In this document: positions 13,351-29,300 of the stretch, piece after piece
How the letters are laid out: each line of letters starts with the position of its first letter
Numbering within the stretch: position 1 is the first letter of the stretch
NCBI GenBank assembly: GCA_904063045.1
Contig: CAJFCJ010000025.1
Span: forward strand, 248,001-312,000
Direction: 5' to 3'
DNA from: Dimorphilus gyrociliatus
Lineage: Eukaryota; Animalia; Annelida
DNA length: 64,000 nt
Notes under the pieces: generated by a model
The model's input: the letters and a program-made list of their open reading frames with translations, nothing else
Database searches by the model: none
What the model was told of the DNA's origin: nothing
Made by a program: the position numbers and the translations under genes

Positions 13351-16300
13351 TTCCTCTTACAAGCCATCGTTCATTCGTCTATTTATTCATTTATTCAAAA
13401 ATTCGCTCACATTTCTATCTTCCATTGTCTGTTTGCTCTACATATAACGTATTGATATCTCTTTCTCTACTTATCCTCTTTTTTTGCAAAATACTCATAA
13501 ATATGTATAGATAAACCAATTAATGAATGTTAAAAGTATTATAAAAAGCATTAAAGGCGAGAGGGAAAAGAGCGTCTCCTATAATCGAATGTTATCATAA
13601 AAAAAATAGTTATATGAGGTTTTATTAATTAAAATGTTACCAAGTTTGGTGCTGCTCATTGCATTTTATGCTCCTTTCTCGATATCTAAAGTATTATTTT
13701 CCTCTAAAAATAAGTACAGTACGTGCAGCATAAAGGGGTCAATGGGAACGAGCGTTTAGGCAAAATTTCAAACGGAAGGGCAATAATTATATGAGAAAGT
13801 AATTTGTATAAGGTCATTATTTTTATTGGTGTTAAATTTGTTGTTAAAAATCATAAGTACAGGATATTTTAGAAGCAACTGGAGACAGGATAATCGGTGA
13901 GCAGGCGGAAGATGCGTTACATATAGCTTATTAACGTGATAAGCCGTTCTTTTACTTCATTTGCGCTTTTAAGTCTTCTTTCACCCAGACACGCACTGTC
14001 TCGGGAAAAAAAAATACGAAATACTGCCTAATACGTTCATAAGATCTCTTCCAAAATAGAATTAACAGTTTTGTAACAATACATTTTCCCCGTTACCCTA
14101 ACGTAAAGATTATTACATAACAAATCCCTCCTCCCCCATTCCTCTATCTTGTCAATTTTTCCTCTTTCTCTCTATCTCTCCTATTTTCCATTACGATGTT
14201 AATGTTAGAAGAGAACAGGACATATAAAAGCCTATATTGGAGAAAGAAAGGTTTCTGTTTTATATTATATTTTGTAACACCTGTCGGCAGTTGTTTACGA
14301 GTGTATATATAACTGGTGGGTTAAAAAGAAAGATGGGAGATATAGGTGGCCGGAAGTGAGGTAAAATTCCCTAAGTTTTCCCCCTACTATTAAATTTCGT
14401 TATTAATACATAAATGAAGAAGATGAACTATTTAGACGGCTTTTTACACAGGCAAAGCCTTTTTTGAAAAGCGTCGAATAAGGTTGATATTTATTATGGT
14501 TTTATCGCGGGATTTTATAATGGAAAGTTTATCCGGAAAACCTCTCATGTATAAGGCTTTCTGAAAAAAGAATATGCTGCCTGACAGCAATTTCTCTCTT
14601 GTCATTGCAGTAGAATAATTCTTTATATATTTTTTCCCTTTCTTTCACTTTTAGGATTATATTTTATTGATAAAAAACATTTTAAAATAATTCTTCTCTT
14701 ATCTGAAAAAGATTTAAAGAGAGAGAAATAGCAGATAATGGAAAGTGAAGAAACTAGTTCATGTTTATAACTAAAAAAGTTAATTATCTGAAAACAAATT
14801 GAAGCTGTTAAGTAAATACCCTAAACAATACATGTCGAATATACAGTATAGAATATATAGTACAGTCTATGCAGTATATATCATTTCGTATTTGACATCA
14901 ATGATTTTTCATATATTTCAACCTGTTTTTAATATTTATAACTTTATTAATACGAAAATAACTTTTCGAATAACTCAATTAGTAAGGAAATGAGCAATTT
15001 CTATCATTTTTCTTCCTTTTTGCTTAGATGAACTGATTTTATATTTGCCATTTATAAAAATGTTAATTCATTCAAGTCGGCCTATTCGGTACAAAATTTT
15101 AATTTCGATTGGGTGTTTTCTCGTGATTGGGATTTGTCGTGAAAGTTGAGAAGAGGCTTTACAAATTAATGGAAATTGTATTATGTTTTTTTTTATTAGG
15201 CCTAATAAAATCCTTGAAATATTAAAAAGGGAATAAAAATTGAAAGAAAGAAAGAAAGAGAGATGGAGTGGGAGGGGAGGGGGCGGGGGAGAAAACGATG
15301 AGAGAAAGAAAAAGACATTGAAGGCAAAGGAAAAGGATAAAAAAATAATAATAGGAGAAGTACGGAGGCGAACTAAGAGAAAGCGTAGAATTGTTGACCA
15401 TGAATTATCATTGAGAAAACATAAAGATAGAAAGGAACTAAGACTACTAGCAATTACAATTTGTCGGTGAACCTTACAAGCCTTACAAGGCTAATACAGA
15501 TTTATACTTACTCGTTTACTTACCAATACTGGGTATTATAAAACATTAAAAAAATAAAGAAAACGTTAATAAGATAATAAATTTATGAAATATTTTGAAT
15601 ATTTATGATAACATATTGAAAATAGATGGAAAATCAAGATTAATAATAATATTTTTAATCACTGTACTAGAGGTACGGTCTATGAATAAACAGTACAGAT
15701 ATATATATATATATATATATATACAATGTATACGCAATATACAATTATATTTAAACAAATACTGATTGAACCCGAACCTAAATCTATAAGAACGGAAGTT
15801 TTGATATTTTAGATTATCTGTTCTTTGTTTCTATTAAAATTGATGGAAATTTGATATATATGTTTTTACTCCAATCACAATTTTTATAATTAGAAAATTT
15901 TTCACCTTGAGCATTATGAAAGAATTCCGTGCAATTAGGCCTGTTTTTCACTCAAAGGGAATATTCTATTATTTCCCTTTTGGAATATATTTAGAGAGCA
16001 TGCTTTTTAATCGATTTTTGTTGATTATATAGTATATTTAGCTCTAAGATATTTGAAAGAAAAGTTTGATTGAAAAGAGCATTCTTCTCTTTTCAACTCA
16101 CACTTCTGTTTAGTTTCCTCTCTAGTAGTGTAGAAAAATGGGATAATGATTACTATTTGTCCAACCGATTACGTAATCGGTACAAGTTTGATATAGCGTA
16201 AAGGTTTGTTGCTTCTCATCTCAGCGCGTGTTTATTATCAACGGCTACATTTCGTTTTACCCAACACCTGCCGTGTTTGTCATCGTGCAGATCAGCCAAA

Positions 16301-19300
16301 TGCTCTGCAAAACCGCAAAGAAAAACAAAACTTTCAACGGATCAAGCAGACCATTATACTATACATACATGTACACACACGTACAGATACATACTTAAGG
16401 TTTTTAGTCTCATATTCCTCTTTGGTTCTTTTCATATTGCCCTTTCAGGCTCTCCGTCTATATCCACACGTCTATTTTAACCCTTTACGGGATTTAGTTT
16501 TCAAAAGGCTTCTTACCAAAAGTTTACAATAAAGAAGATAACTCTAAAAATGGCAAATTGAATTGTCCTCTTCTCTGTAATGTAACTTGTGAGTTATTGA
16601 ATATTGCACGAGCATCATTCAACTGTAAAATTGTGGAAAATTGATGAATTTCGTCACTGAAGCTATTTTCTTTTTTAGTTCATTTTGTTTTATTATTACA
16701 ACACAGAGATAGAGAGAGACCGAGACTGAAAGAATAATCTATTTTATATTTCATTTTTCTGTATGGATAATTTAGCGCGATACCTACCAAAGTCTTTGTC
16801 ACTGCTCAGCTTATTTATTACCTATTTTAACGAAAAGCTTATAATAATTGTATGAGATTTTGACGAAAGATTTGCAAAGGGTAGAAATTGACTTTATTGA
16901 CGAAACGTCATTGTTGAGCTGTAAAAACCGACGTCTTTCTTGTGAGAAGGAAGAAAAGGCTAAGGGAGAGATTTTTATAGGAAAAAGAAAAAGAAACGCT
17001 TTATAGTTAAAGAATAGGAGTAAATTGTGCCGCTCTATAATTGCCTATTGCCGGCGGTTTTGACATTTTTACTATAAAGATTTAAGTCTTTTTAAACTAG
17101 GTATAAATTACATTTTTCACAATGATGATAATATGGTAACATTGTGATATTCTGTATTATAGAATACATCTTATAAGGAAAACAAAGATAAAAATAGGAC
17201 GGTACCAATACGGCTAATTCGAGGCTGTATACGCTTAGTAAGAAGTTGTCTAGATAGAACTAATAGTATCAGTTATAAGAGAAGAGAAAAAAAATACTTT
17301 ACTATTCTAGTAAAAGATTAATTTGACTTTTCTTTTATAGTTAAAATTTATTACCCCATTTCAAGACTAATAGCCATATTTTATATTATTTTCATTGAGT
17401 ATTATTACGTACTCTAATAATAGTTTGTTTTATAATACATAATAAATTATCAGTGATCAATTAATCTAATTTCCAAATTACTCTCGATGACGCCATTTCG
17501 AATATTTGTACAGATGGTGAAAAATTTCAAAACGTTAGATACTGGTGTCGTAACAATTCATTGCGTAACTAAAAGAGAAAATAATGACGTAATAGCTATT
17601 GTATGGATTTTTTTCGCACTCTTATTCCACGAATAGGTATGGATGGATGTTTAGTTTTTCTTTTTTAAAACTAGATATAGAAAAATGTAGAAAATAAAGC
17701 AGAAGCCAGCAAATATTTTTTTGTACAGCTGCCCTCTAAATTAATGTTGTTACACAGTTTCTGACATGTAAAGAAGCATAGTCTACACATGTGTATAAAA
17801 AGGATTAATATCCAGAACTAGAGAAGAATCTTATAGAAATATGAAATCTGGCCAGCGGGCTCTGCAAAAGCAGAATACCTTATGCTAAACTAACTTGGTA
17901 TTAGAGTTACATAACTATGCCTAAAGATGCTTTTTTATTTAACTTAAATTTGTGTATATATACTAATATATATACATATATTAGCTCTATTTATACAGCG
18001 TTTACTGTAAAGCATTCCGTTGCAGTTTAGAGATTGTTTCTCTTATGGTATTATATCAGTTATATTCTCTTCATCCCTGCCACCTTGTAAAGCTATCTAG
18101 AAACTGATAAATAAAGAAATTGACGAATTTCTCGGGCGTTTTTATATGCATTACTTTGGTCGTATAACCGACGTAAACAGTATTATCAGGATAACTTTTA
18201 GCAGCGAAACTATAAGACAAAACGTAATTATGAACGATTGAAATTGCCTGATCAATTCTCTAGAGACATTTTTACTAATTTTTTCTATTTTATTTTTTTT
18301 ATACCCAACATATTCATATTTTACCTTTCTCTTATGCAATGCTCTCACCACTTTTCATCATTATCGTCTAACCCTTTGTCTGTTTTTTTTGCTTTCTTTA
18401 TACGTTTTTCTTTTATCTTTGTATTTCGACTGTTGTTAGTAAGGCCGGCAGGTTTTTAACGCTCTACCCTCACTTCCATTTGTGGAAGGGCATCAGGGGA
18501 ATTTGTCTGTGGCAATATCTTTACTCTTGGCTACCTACTGGGTTTATACGTATATAATTTTTTCCTTTTCGTTATTTCATCTATTCTACCAATTGCGAAT
18601 AGCATTTTGCATTTTATTAAAAGAATGTAATCTTTACCAAAAAGTATTACATTATCAGTAATAAGAATCACGGTTTACTGAACCTGTTAACCTTAAAAGA
18701 AAAAAAAATCAATGATTAATTATTACTCTTCTCTTTCTCTCTCCCCCTTACTCTCTTTCTCAATCTTTCTGATTCTTATTATCTCACTTTTTACCTTTTT
18801 TTTCTCCCCGACCCTCTCTCGCATCCTCCTCCCCCCCCATTCTCTTTCTTCTTCTTAAACTACTTAATTACTATTTCATTCCCTAATTTTCTATTTATTC
18901 TTTTTTTTCTCTTTTACATCTATATCTTTAGTTTAAAAAGTCAGTCTTCTAGATTGAAAATATTCCCAATTGGATATTTCTTTCGCTGTGCAATATCTGT
19001 CTGGAAGGGCAAAATCAAAAAATTACATCTTTTAAATATACAATTTATGAATGTAAATGAATGTTTAATAGGCTTAAATTGAAATATTCCCATTCATAAA
19101 TTAATAACTTTAATATAAAGAGAAGTAAATAAATAAAATAAAAGATAATAAAACTTAATAATAAAAACAGATATTAACGCCGAAATGTCTTTGATTGTGT
19201 AATAACTTTTTTTCTATTAATTACTAACAACTAATCGTATGACGTCGTCACATGATTACTTACCGTCAACGTCACACGCACTACAACAGTGAAAATCGCT

Positions 19301-19454
19301 CGAATCAGATTAGAATTTCTGGAGGCGGTTTTGGGTGGACACTCGACTTTTTCCTCTCTTTTTTGTGTTGAGAAAAGAGTGTGTCCGTACATGTATGTAT
19401 GTGTGTAAGCGTATGTGTGTATGTGTAAGAGAGAGAGAGCTAAGGGAGAGCGCA

Positions 19455-19469
19455 TCGGCAGATGGCGCT
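19455..19469 (+). promoter_or_regulatory. CTCF-like motif upstream of the lachesin-like gene (tcggcagatggcgct)
   Basis: Close match to the CTCF core, about 0.9 kb 5' of the ATG. A YY1-like aaaaatggcg lies at 19961-19970. Confidence 0.45.
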
Positions 19470-20391
19470 TTGGAAAAGATATAATCTTTTGATTCATTCC
19501 AATTTTTTTTTACTTTCTCACTAAACCTCTTTATTATCTATTGTACGTAACTGAATGATCAGTGTTGCGGAAATTAATTATCAAAGCTTAATTTTTTTTT
19601 TTTTTGAATTACTCTTGATATCTTTGCTTTTTGCCTTTAGGCAGTCTATTTTTGTCATCTTTGTCATTTTGAAATACGATCGTTGTTGCAATAAAGAAAA
19701 CCGCAGATTCATTACATAGAATGAAATTCTTTTCATTTCTTCCATCCCTACCTTCTTCTACAATCTTTTTCATCTCCCTAGATAGATTTTACTTATTAAT
19801 TATTCTATCATTGTCATTTCTTTAGTTATTTTTCTTGTGCTCTTTGTTTTGAAGACAGTTTATAGTTAGCTTTTTTTTTTATCTCCCTTTTCTTTCTTTG
19901 TAAAGTTGACTTTTGTAAAAAGATAAACAATTTTTAAAACTTATTTAACTTATCCGGATAAAAAATGGCGTCATTTTCAATTTGTTATATTATTATTGAA
20001 CATTTATTAAACGTTACATAAGGGGGCGCGTGCATTTTGTAATTTTCCACTCCATTTCGCTGCTATTAGGTACAGGAATTTAATAAATGCGAGTTTGCCG
20101 AGTTGTTTGTAGACCGTCACGTTTCTGCCTTTATAAGGAAATGCAATGACGAAACTGATAGATTTTTCTCCTTGGTAAAAGTAAGAGACAAATAATAAGA
20201 AATATCTTAGAATGAATAAATAGTGGGAAAAATATGATAATAAGAGAAGAAAAAAGTATGTAGTGAAAATACAGAGAGAAAAAATCCCCGTAGCATATAA
20301 AACGCCACCTATCGTTCGCGCGAGTTTAGTTATCGGACGACGGCGATTTAGTGAAGATGAAGCGGGAAATGTACACGAGAATGAAGAATGG

Positions 20392-23300
20392 ATGAAAATC
20401 ATGGAGATTTTTTTACTATTTATTATAACAATACCGTTTATAAAGGGTAAGTAGACGTCTAAAGATTAGTTTATTTCAAATAAAGAAACTAAATTAAAAA
20501 GAAAATAAAAACTCTACAAAAAAAAAAAATCTGATTGATTGTTTTAAGGCAAGAACAAAACAAAAAGAAACGTAATATAGTATTTTTCCTTTGGACGCCT
20601 TTCGGTTGTTATTGTTGTTTTTTTTTTAATAAAGAATTCATCAAACGCCACCAATTTCCTATCCGAATAGAGATTTTTTTAAAAGGAATATTCATAGATA
20701 ACGAAGAGAGTGTAGTATTTTTTTTTGTCGCTTATAAAAAAAAAAGGCGACTGGAAATCGGATGAAAGGAGTAGGATGAAAAAAAAAGATTTTACGAATG
20801 TCACCTGTGGCAGTGTTGAGTGCATGCGAGCTGATTATTAAGAATCGACGCCTAAAGATAATCCGTAGACTAACATACCTTCGCTTTCAAGCTCGAATGT
20901 CGATAATTATATATACGATTATGTGGGGAGAAAGAATAAGATTATATAATGAAAACTGTTCTGCTTTCATTAAAACGGTCATTTCTTTCTCTATTTTTTA
21001 TAACGTACTTAAGATCGTCTGTAATATAAACTTATATCTACGGCATATACATTTGTCTATTTATAGATACAAAACTATTCATTCTTGAACAATTTTTTAT
21101 CACTTTATATATTTATAATCAATATTATATTCAATTGTCCTATCGCGTTATTCAATAGTACTAGTAGTTTGTTACGTTGAATTATACAAACGACTTGAAC
21201 ATTATCCACACTATGGACAAAACTGAAATCTACAGTATTTAGTTAAATAATTAATATTTATTCGAATTTAACTGATACTTCTCTTCTATTAAGTAAGAGT
21301 GTTTTTTTTCACTTTCCTATACATTTATCATGTTATATATCGCATAAACTTGCAATAATTATATAGCAACAGTTCTATATATAAGAAGGTTTAACATAGT
21401 ATAAACAGTAGTTAAAATATTTAACATTTAAACTAAAAAATATATATAAATAAAGATATTTTACTTATTTCTTGTATAAATATAAATAAAATAGAGATAA
21501 CTGCACAAAAAATGTATTAATTAAGTTTATATACTTGTATATAAATATGTATTTATAAAATCAAACTTTATTTTTACTCTACCTTTCAATGCTTGTAAAT
21601 ATACTATATAGTTAAATTCCATAAGCACATTTGATATTTTGAATGTTTTTACTTGCATGCTCAGTTTGTAGGTCACTATGTACATAATTGTTTATTCGGT
21701 CTGCTGGTAGCGCGGATCAATTTTTATATTGATAGGCCTATGTTTAGCTCCTAGCTAATTCCCTGGAAATATTTGGTATTTTAAAAAATATACTGAAATT
21801 TATATACATGTTACTAAGCTATAGTAGACAAGTATATATATATATATATATTTATATATATACTGTATAAATATACATTTATTAATTAGTCTATTAATTA
21901 AATAATTTTTTTACAAATTCTGATAGAATGATAATCTATTAATAAACCATTTTAATTACTTTGTTAACTATACCTTGAAAAAAGGTTTCTGGTCGAAAAT
22001 ATATAAAATAACAATAATAATAATTAATAATTTATATAAAGATTTTCTAGTAAACTACAATAAAATACATTAATGATTTATAAAGTTATATACATTAACT
22101 TATAGTAGGACTACACTTTCAGAACTGATAGCATTCTTTTCCCAAAAGTAACGTCGCATTGTTTAATCCATCTGCATGTGACGCAGATCAATTTATTACG
22201 TAACAGAGTCCGGACTAATTCCCAAGAAATATGCTTAAATTAGCCTATAGTGGAACCTTTAGCATGCGACTATTTACTCTATAAATTGATATTTTCTTCC
22301 GCATCATTCATTGTCCAAGCCGGTTTTAGTGCTATAGAAAAGCTAAAGAGGAAGATGCAAAGTTTATCTCTTAGCTCTTCTATCGCAATCTAATAGTTAA
22401 GATCTTAGCAATAGCGTAAAAATAACTGAGTGTAAAACAATCAGATATTGGACATCGATAAAACAGTCTAAGAGTAATTAAGTTGTATATACTGTATATA
22501 TGCTGTATATATATATATATATATATGTATATACTAACAAAGTACAGTTTTTATAATGAAACTACAACACCAATAGAAATATAGTAGCGAGTTACCTCAT
22601 CTCCAATATGTTTGTTTTTTCTTAATATACAATTAAGAACTATTAGCAGTATTTAATTTAATCTGTAAGTTGTCATCCGTTTCTAAGAAACTTATGACGA
22701 GAGCAAATATTTAGCTGTAGATTATCTAAGTAATACACGCTCCTTTTAGCCTATAGATTATAGGTTTCGCGGGGCAAACACGCCACTCGTTGTATTTATA
22801 TACACAAAAAGGAAAAGTTTAGATATCTAATTAATTAACTTATTAAACTATCTATATTAATATATTTTATTTAAAAAGCATTACTACCATCTGATTTTTG
22901 ACTAATCATTAAACTATTTTGAATTTTATCACCCTTATCACGATTTCTATATTGGAATTGGAATTACAAAAACTCGCTAATTATTTATAAATATTGAACC
23001 CAAAGTCTAACTACGCACGAAAATCTTCGATTATTCCACACGTACTCATTCTTTTTACTTAGAGAAGTAAAAAAAAAAAAGAAAAAAAAAACACAAACTC
23101 TTTTTAACAGAAGTTTTTTTTCTCCTATTAGATTTTGATCTACACAGTATTCATTATTATCTTTTACCTTGTAATTAGAAAAAGAATACATATTTCACGT
23201 ATATCTTTCTAATAGGTTGCATAGCTCTATTCTCATTTAAATCATAATTCATTTATTTCCTAAATACCGGTACTTTCTATTATTCTATCAAACGTCAGCT

Positions 23301-26300
23301 TTTCTATAGGATGAGGTCTTTAAGTAGGTGATACGCGGGTGTAGAATAATAAATTTATAACCATAGTTCTTCATTCATAACTATCATTCAACCAAACAAC
23401 ATTTGTACATTATATTTAAATTGAGTAGATATTTTGTAAGAGGATAATCAATTAATCTAGGTCTATATTTATAAGATTTGATAATATTTCTTTATTTATT
23501 ACGTTAAAAAGTTAATTTTATAAATAAAGAGAATAGAGATAAGACTTTTAATTATCTCCTCTTTGTATATGTAATTATTGACATTATTTAGAGACGGGGG
23601 TCTTCATTTATTAAAAATTTAAATATTTATAAGTATACAAGGCCTGCAAAAAAATCAATATATTAAGGAAAGTAGTAAATAATCTCAACCTAAATTTAAC
23701 CTCTCTATTCGGTGGTATTGTAATAAAGGCGTCCATTCGATTTATTCTATAATTAAAGAATAGATATTTATAATAATCATTGCAAAAGTAATTTCGTAGT
23801 ACAATCGGTAGAGGCGACGTATATCTTGCAGTTGGTTGAGAAAACAATAATAATAAAAACGGATGTTCTACTGCAAAGGGAAATTCATAAACCATTTATT
23901 CCTATGTTACTTTTCTTCTATCTTCATATATTTAATAATCATGTATAGCTGAAAATGGAATCTCTATGGATTATGCCTATTATCCAAGCGATTATACCTC
24001 TAACCAGGGTATATTCTTTTTTATAGATGATGTACTTTTTTCATTATCTATACCTATATAGATATTTATATTATCTAATGTATGTATTTTCTATATTAGC
24101 ACAATATATAGTATAAACATGAATATATAGCATTATATACATATATACTAATATATTCATGTAGTTAAAAGTATCTTTTATATGAATACCTTTTTATTAT
24201 AAAAAAAGATATCTATTCCGTTTTTTATTTTTTATTTTTTCTCTTTCATTTGCACGTTGCAAAGTTCAAGTTGCGTACAAAGTTTAATCTAAGTAATACT
24301 GGAACTTTGCGGTCGCCCTTGCCGACATTGCGTAATCAGAAACCCGCTTACTATCCCAACGCCCTCTTATTAGCCTAACAAACTTTTCACAGCTCAAACT
24401 GAAGGAGACACTGGTTACGATTACGAGGACGCTTTCTATGAACATTTCGACTATTCAGGTATTAATTCAAGGGTAAAATATCCATTATCAAAGAGGAATC
24501 TATTCGTAGAAAAAGGAATTTGTAAAAATAGAATAGAAAGATCTGTTCTGCCCTTACAAAGTAAAAGGGTGTAGTCTCAATGTAAAAGGTAGAATGAGAA
24601 GAAATAGTCTAAAAAAGTTAGGGAAAGGGCATGAAATAAGGCAGAATAAAGGGAAATGTGACACGGTGAGTAGACTATAAATGTGAAATGAAAAATCGGA
24701 AAAGGGAACAGAAAACTTCAAAAGCCTTTCGCGCCGTTGTTAGTGCATTTGGCTTTGAACGATTGCTTTGAACGTGACGATACGCGTAATTTATTTTTTG
24801 GTGCACTTATAAAATAATTATTAGATTTTTTCCTTTAAAAAACAAGAGGACAATATGAAAAAGATTGAAAAAAAAATAAAGTGAAAATAACAACAACAAT
24901 ATAGAATAACGGCGTTATATATTATCATCTATACATAAATTGCCTCCTCCCCCTCCATTCTATGAACTCAGTTTATATCTTATTTTAAGTAGTAGTTTAT
25001 AATTATATCTCTTTAACTATCTGATAATATAAACTTTGTTTCTTTGAAAATTTCTCCTCTAGCCTGTAATTTTATCTAATGGTACTATACTCTTACCTGA
25101 AGATGATGATGAGTAATTAATTGTACTCGTAAACATTAACTGAGTAGAAATATGCGAAAAAAGAGAAATGAAGAAAGAAAGAAAGAGGGATTAAATGTTA
25201 GGAAAAAAGAAAAATATGATAAAATAACAATGATAAATAATGATAATAAGATTTATAAGGAATCGATGAAGTAAATATAGATGTATTGAAAATATACTGT
25301 ATATATAAAATGTATATAAATCAACACTACTGTAGATTAGCGAAGTTTACGAATTTACTGGTTGAGTAGGTTTTCCTTTACGCTTCGAACGAAATGATGG
25401 TACTATTTGCAATTTTTATGAATAGGGTGTAAGAGAAAACAAGACAAGGTTAAACTTATACAAAGATAAGATGATGTTAATAATTATCCTCTTTTAATCC
25501 ATATTATATGTGTACTTTTGTGATACATCTTTACTATACAGAGATGTACTATATTGTCTATTAATGTGTGGTTTATATTAGCAATTTGCAATTAAGAACT
25601 AATTATTCCAAAGAATTATTATTACTGTTATCGATTTTTTGAAAGGATAATTACTAAATATATCATCTTATCAATTTGTATAAAAAATCTATAGGTGTTT
25701 TATTAGTTTCCTACCCTCAAGCTATCCCTTTGAATCGTTATGCGTAAAAGAGAAGTCTTATTAGTACCTTAAAATAAGGGCGAGGGAAAAAAAAACAAAG
25801 TAGGTAACACTTTCAGGCGTTTCTTCTACTCTTTTTTTTATCCTATTCTATCTTTCTATTTCTCTTTATCATTCACCCCTCTTCTTTTAAGATAAAAGAG
25901 GTAAAGGGAATGTGAGAACAATTATAAAGAAAAGTTAAGTACCAAAACGTTTAACCCAATAAAATGCATAAGGAAAGGGTGTGGATGGGAATAGATGAAG
26001 AGAGGAGGAATAAATGTTAAATGGGTCCATATACAATTTTAATTGATAATTAGAATTAAATAGTCTTTATTATATTTTTTTACCTACATTTACCTCCGGT
26101 GACAAGCTATCACGTTTTCTCACTCCATCCTAAAAGCGTCACGAAGAATTTGGCTAATTATTAGGCGTCTACTTTACCCCGTTAGACGTTGGTGTATTTT
26201 AAATGGCTGGCGGGCCTATAGACGTTTCTATTGCACCGTCAGCCTTTGGTGTTTGCTCTGAATATAGGCCTACAATTTTGTATTATTTTTCTTTTTAACC

Positions 26301-29300
26301 CTTATAACCCACGTAGCATAAAAAACCCGTTTAAACGGTACCGATCTTAGTTAAAAAAGTCTAGGGTCTAAAAGAGTTTATTATATTAATAAACTCCTTT
26401 TAATAAAAAATATTGAATAATTAATAAATTACCGCATTTTTAAGGAGAAAATAAAGTTGATCGGTTCGTTTAGTGATTTTCTTTCATATATAAATGTCAG
26501 ATAAATGAAAGAAAGGGTTTTATTTTTTAGGCCCCCCACCCTACATCCAATTATCCCCCCATTTCAAATTTGATAAATAGGTCTAATAATTTGTTATAAT
26601 ATTGATATTCATTTTTTTCTATGATCATACTAATTAGGTGCCGTTGAACCGACGTTTGATTCGGCCGTTCAAAATATAACGGTTAAAGCTGGACATACAA
26701 TTATTCTTCCCTGTAGAATAGAAAATCGAGGCACGAAATATGCGGTGAGTAGTATTTTTTCTTTCATTTTTAATCTCTCTATCATTGTATTATTAAATCT
26801 CGTTAACTCGTGATATAATTCGTGTTTTCCGAGAGAATCACGTGATTATAGCTTTACGTGTAAGGAATTAAATACAATAGTATACAATGTCATACTGATA
26901 TGCTTGCCCCATTTGCTTGGAGAGAATGGGAGAAAGGAAATTATTCTTTGAGATAAACGGACGTATTAAAGAGATAAAGAGAATACAGTGGCAGATGCCG
27001 TTTCTTTCTTTATCCCTTGTTATTTTTTTTGTCTCTCCAGACATATAAACACAAATATTAACAACTATATGTTTAATTTATTACCAAGTGGACTCTTTAG
27101 CTTCCATCTCAACTTGACAAACAAGTTTTACCTACTTAAAAACTTGACTCGTTCAAATCAAAGTAATGACTTAAAAATCGTGTTTAACAACCCTTTTAAA
27201 TACTTAATTGACAAAATCAGAAAAGTTGGGCGATAAACGATTCGATAACCGTCTAATTTGTCTTGCAGTCTTAGTTACAAAAATAAACAATACGCCTTAC
27301 AAATTTGACCCTCGCAACTTCAATCTGGAATCACTTAACGCTGAATAAATTACATCCATTTCAATCATTTCCAAATCGAAGTTAACGACTAAAGCCGATC
27401 TAAAATTTTCTCTCATTAAAATAAGGCCAAAACGGAACTTTCTTTTTTTATTATTAAAAAACAAAATCAAAGTAATTAACTGTAGAGAAGTTTAACAAAC
27501 TTAATAAATAAATATTTGAAGAGAGAGAGTGATAGATAGATAGATAGATAGATAGATAGAAAAAGAGGGATAAGAATAGCGGAAAAAAGAGAAGAAGAAG
27601 GGGGAGGAGAAGGAGGCGTATAAGGAAGGAAGTAGAGAGAATAAAAATCATTTCTCATAAGTCATCAGTATATCCATAAAAATTCTATTACTAGGCGTCT
27701 AATATGAAAATATTCCCTAGATAGTTAGGAGGAAGTTGCGTTTCAATAAAGTGCACTTTGCGATAGGGCACTAATGAATAATTTCATATTCTTATTGCCA
27801 TAAATTTTTTTTCATATTTTTATATGGTTTCCATTGACAATTTATTTTTTACCTATGACATAAAATATTACCATCCAGCCACTTTTTAATTAATTCACCT
27901 GGAAGAGTATCAATTATCAATTATGATAATCAGTTATAATTGATAAATCAATTATGGTTTGTAATAAAACTCCTTCATATTTTAGCTATAGGTATCAGTT
28001 TATAAATATTGATGTTTTTTTGGAAAAAGAGACGCTAAAGAAACGTCGGACAAGCTACGAGCGAGAGAGAATAAAAAATAGAGAAAAAAAAGAATAGAAA
28101 AAGTAAAAGATAGATAGGAAAGTAATAGATATAGGAAAAATAGGCCTACAGAACACTGGATGCAGTAAAGAAGTAAATGTTTCCAAAGTAAATGTATTAT
28201 TGTTTTTTTGATAGGAAAATAAATAAATAGATAAAAAAAGAGAAGGAAAGAAAGAAAAAGAGAGGAAATAAAAAAAATCCTATTCCTTATTTACAATATA
28301 GGAAAAAATAGCAATGTACTGTACAAGAATGAAAAAAATCGATTATTGCACGAGCCACTAGCTATCGAAAGTGACATGATTGAAAACATCATGCTCGATA
28401 GATTTATTATACAGTATACAATAATAATAAATCTATATAGTCTTTATACATATGGCATATGCAGATATGTAGAGATATAAGTATATATATATATATATAT
28501 TTAAGTATATATTATATGTACGGTAGCAGTCTATCCATAGTACAAACATTCGAAATCGAAAGCTTTTTGCCTCGTCTAAATATACTACGTTTTGTTTCCT
28601 TCTCGCTCGCTTACTTTGCTCACTCACACATATACACATACACACACACATATATATATATCTATATATATATATATATATATACTCTTTTCTCTTCCTA
28701 TGTCCATCATCAACTATCTCTTCTATCCATCTTCGGTTCCTTTACCATTTCAAATTGATTTTAATTTTGTGAAAGGGAAATGGATTTTATATATTATCCA
28801 TTAACATTTTATATAAGCAGTTTTTTGAACTTTGGATCAACCACGTGACTTTCATTAAAAGCATCTTCCGGCGGCGAGCAATTAATAAATAAAGCCCAGA
28901 TGCTGAATTTACTGATTTATGGGTTTCGTTTTCATTTTAGAAATTTACATAGGGCTATCTATTTCTTGTCAGGATTCTGTTCATTTTTTCTATAAGTATA
29001 TATATATGTATATAATATATCAAAAGAGAAAAATCTTGGCTGTCTAACAAGTAAGATTCCCCTTTGGGAAATGAAAAGCATTCAGACGAAACATTTGAAA
29101 TAGTTTTTCTCCTTTTTTTTTGGTTTTTAAAATATTTTACTCAACACCCATTTAGACAAGTGTAAAATCAAACGTCACCAGAGTCGACTATCTAAAGACT
29201 TAAGAGTCTTTGGTTTTTAGCACTCGACGCCTAATTCCGACCGACAGGAGGCCCTTTACCGTCGGCCTTTTCAATTTTACATGTCGAAAAAAGGTTCCAA

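Noticed and set aside
16206-16532. 108-aa ORF containing CRVCH
   Set aside because: No further zinc ligands, no ATG or coherent splice context, and it runs into low-complexity sequence.
21672-21707. Possible extra 36-nt symmetric exon or alternative first exon in lachesin-like intron 1
   Set aside because: Weak donor (gtagcg) and no supporting sequence character.
23955-24008. Apparent signal peptide MESLWIMPIIQAIIPLTR
   Set aside because: It ends in phase 0 and cannot join the following phase 1 exons. The alternative frame and the 20392 first exon give a consistent model.
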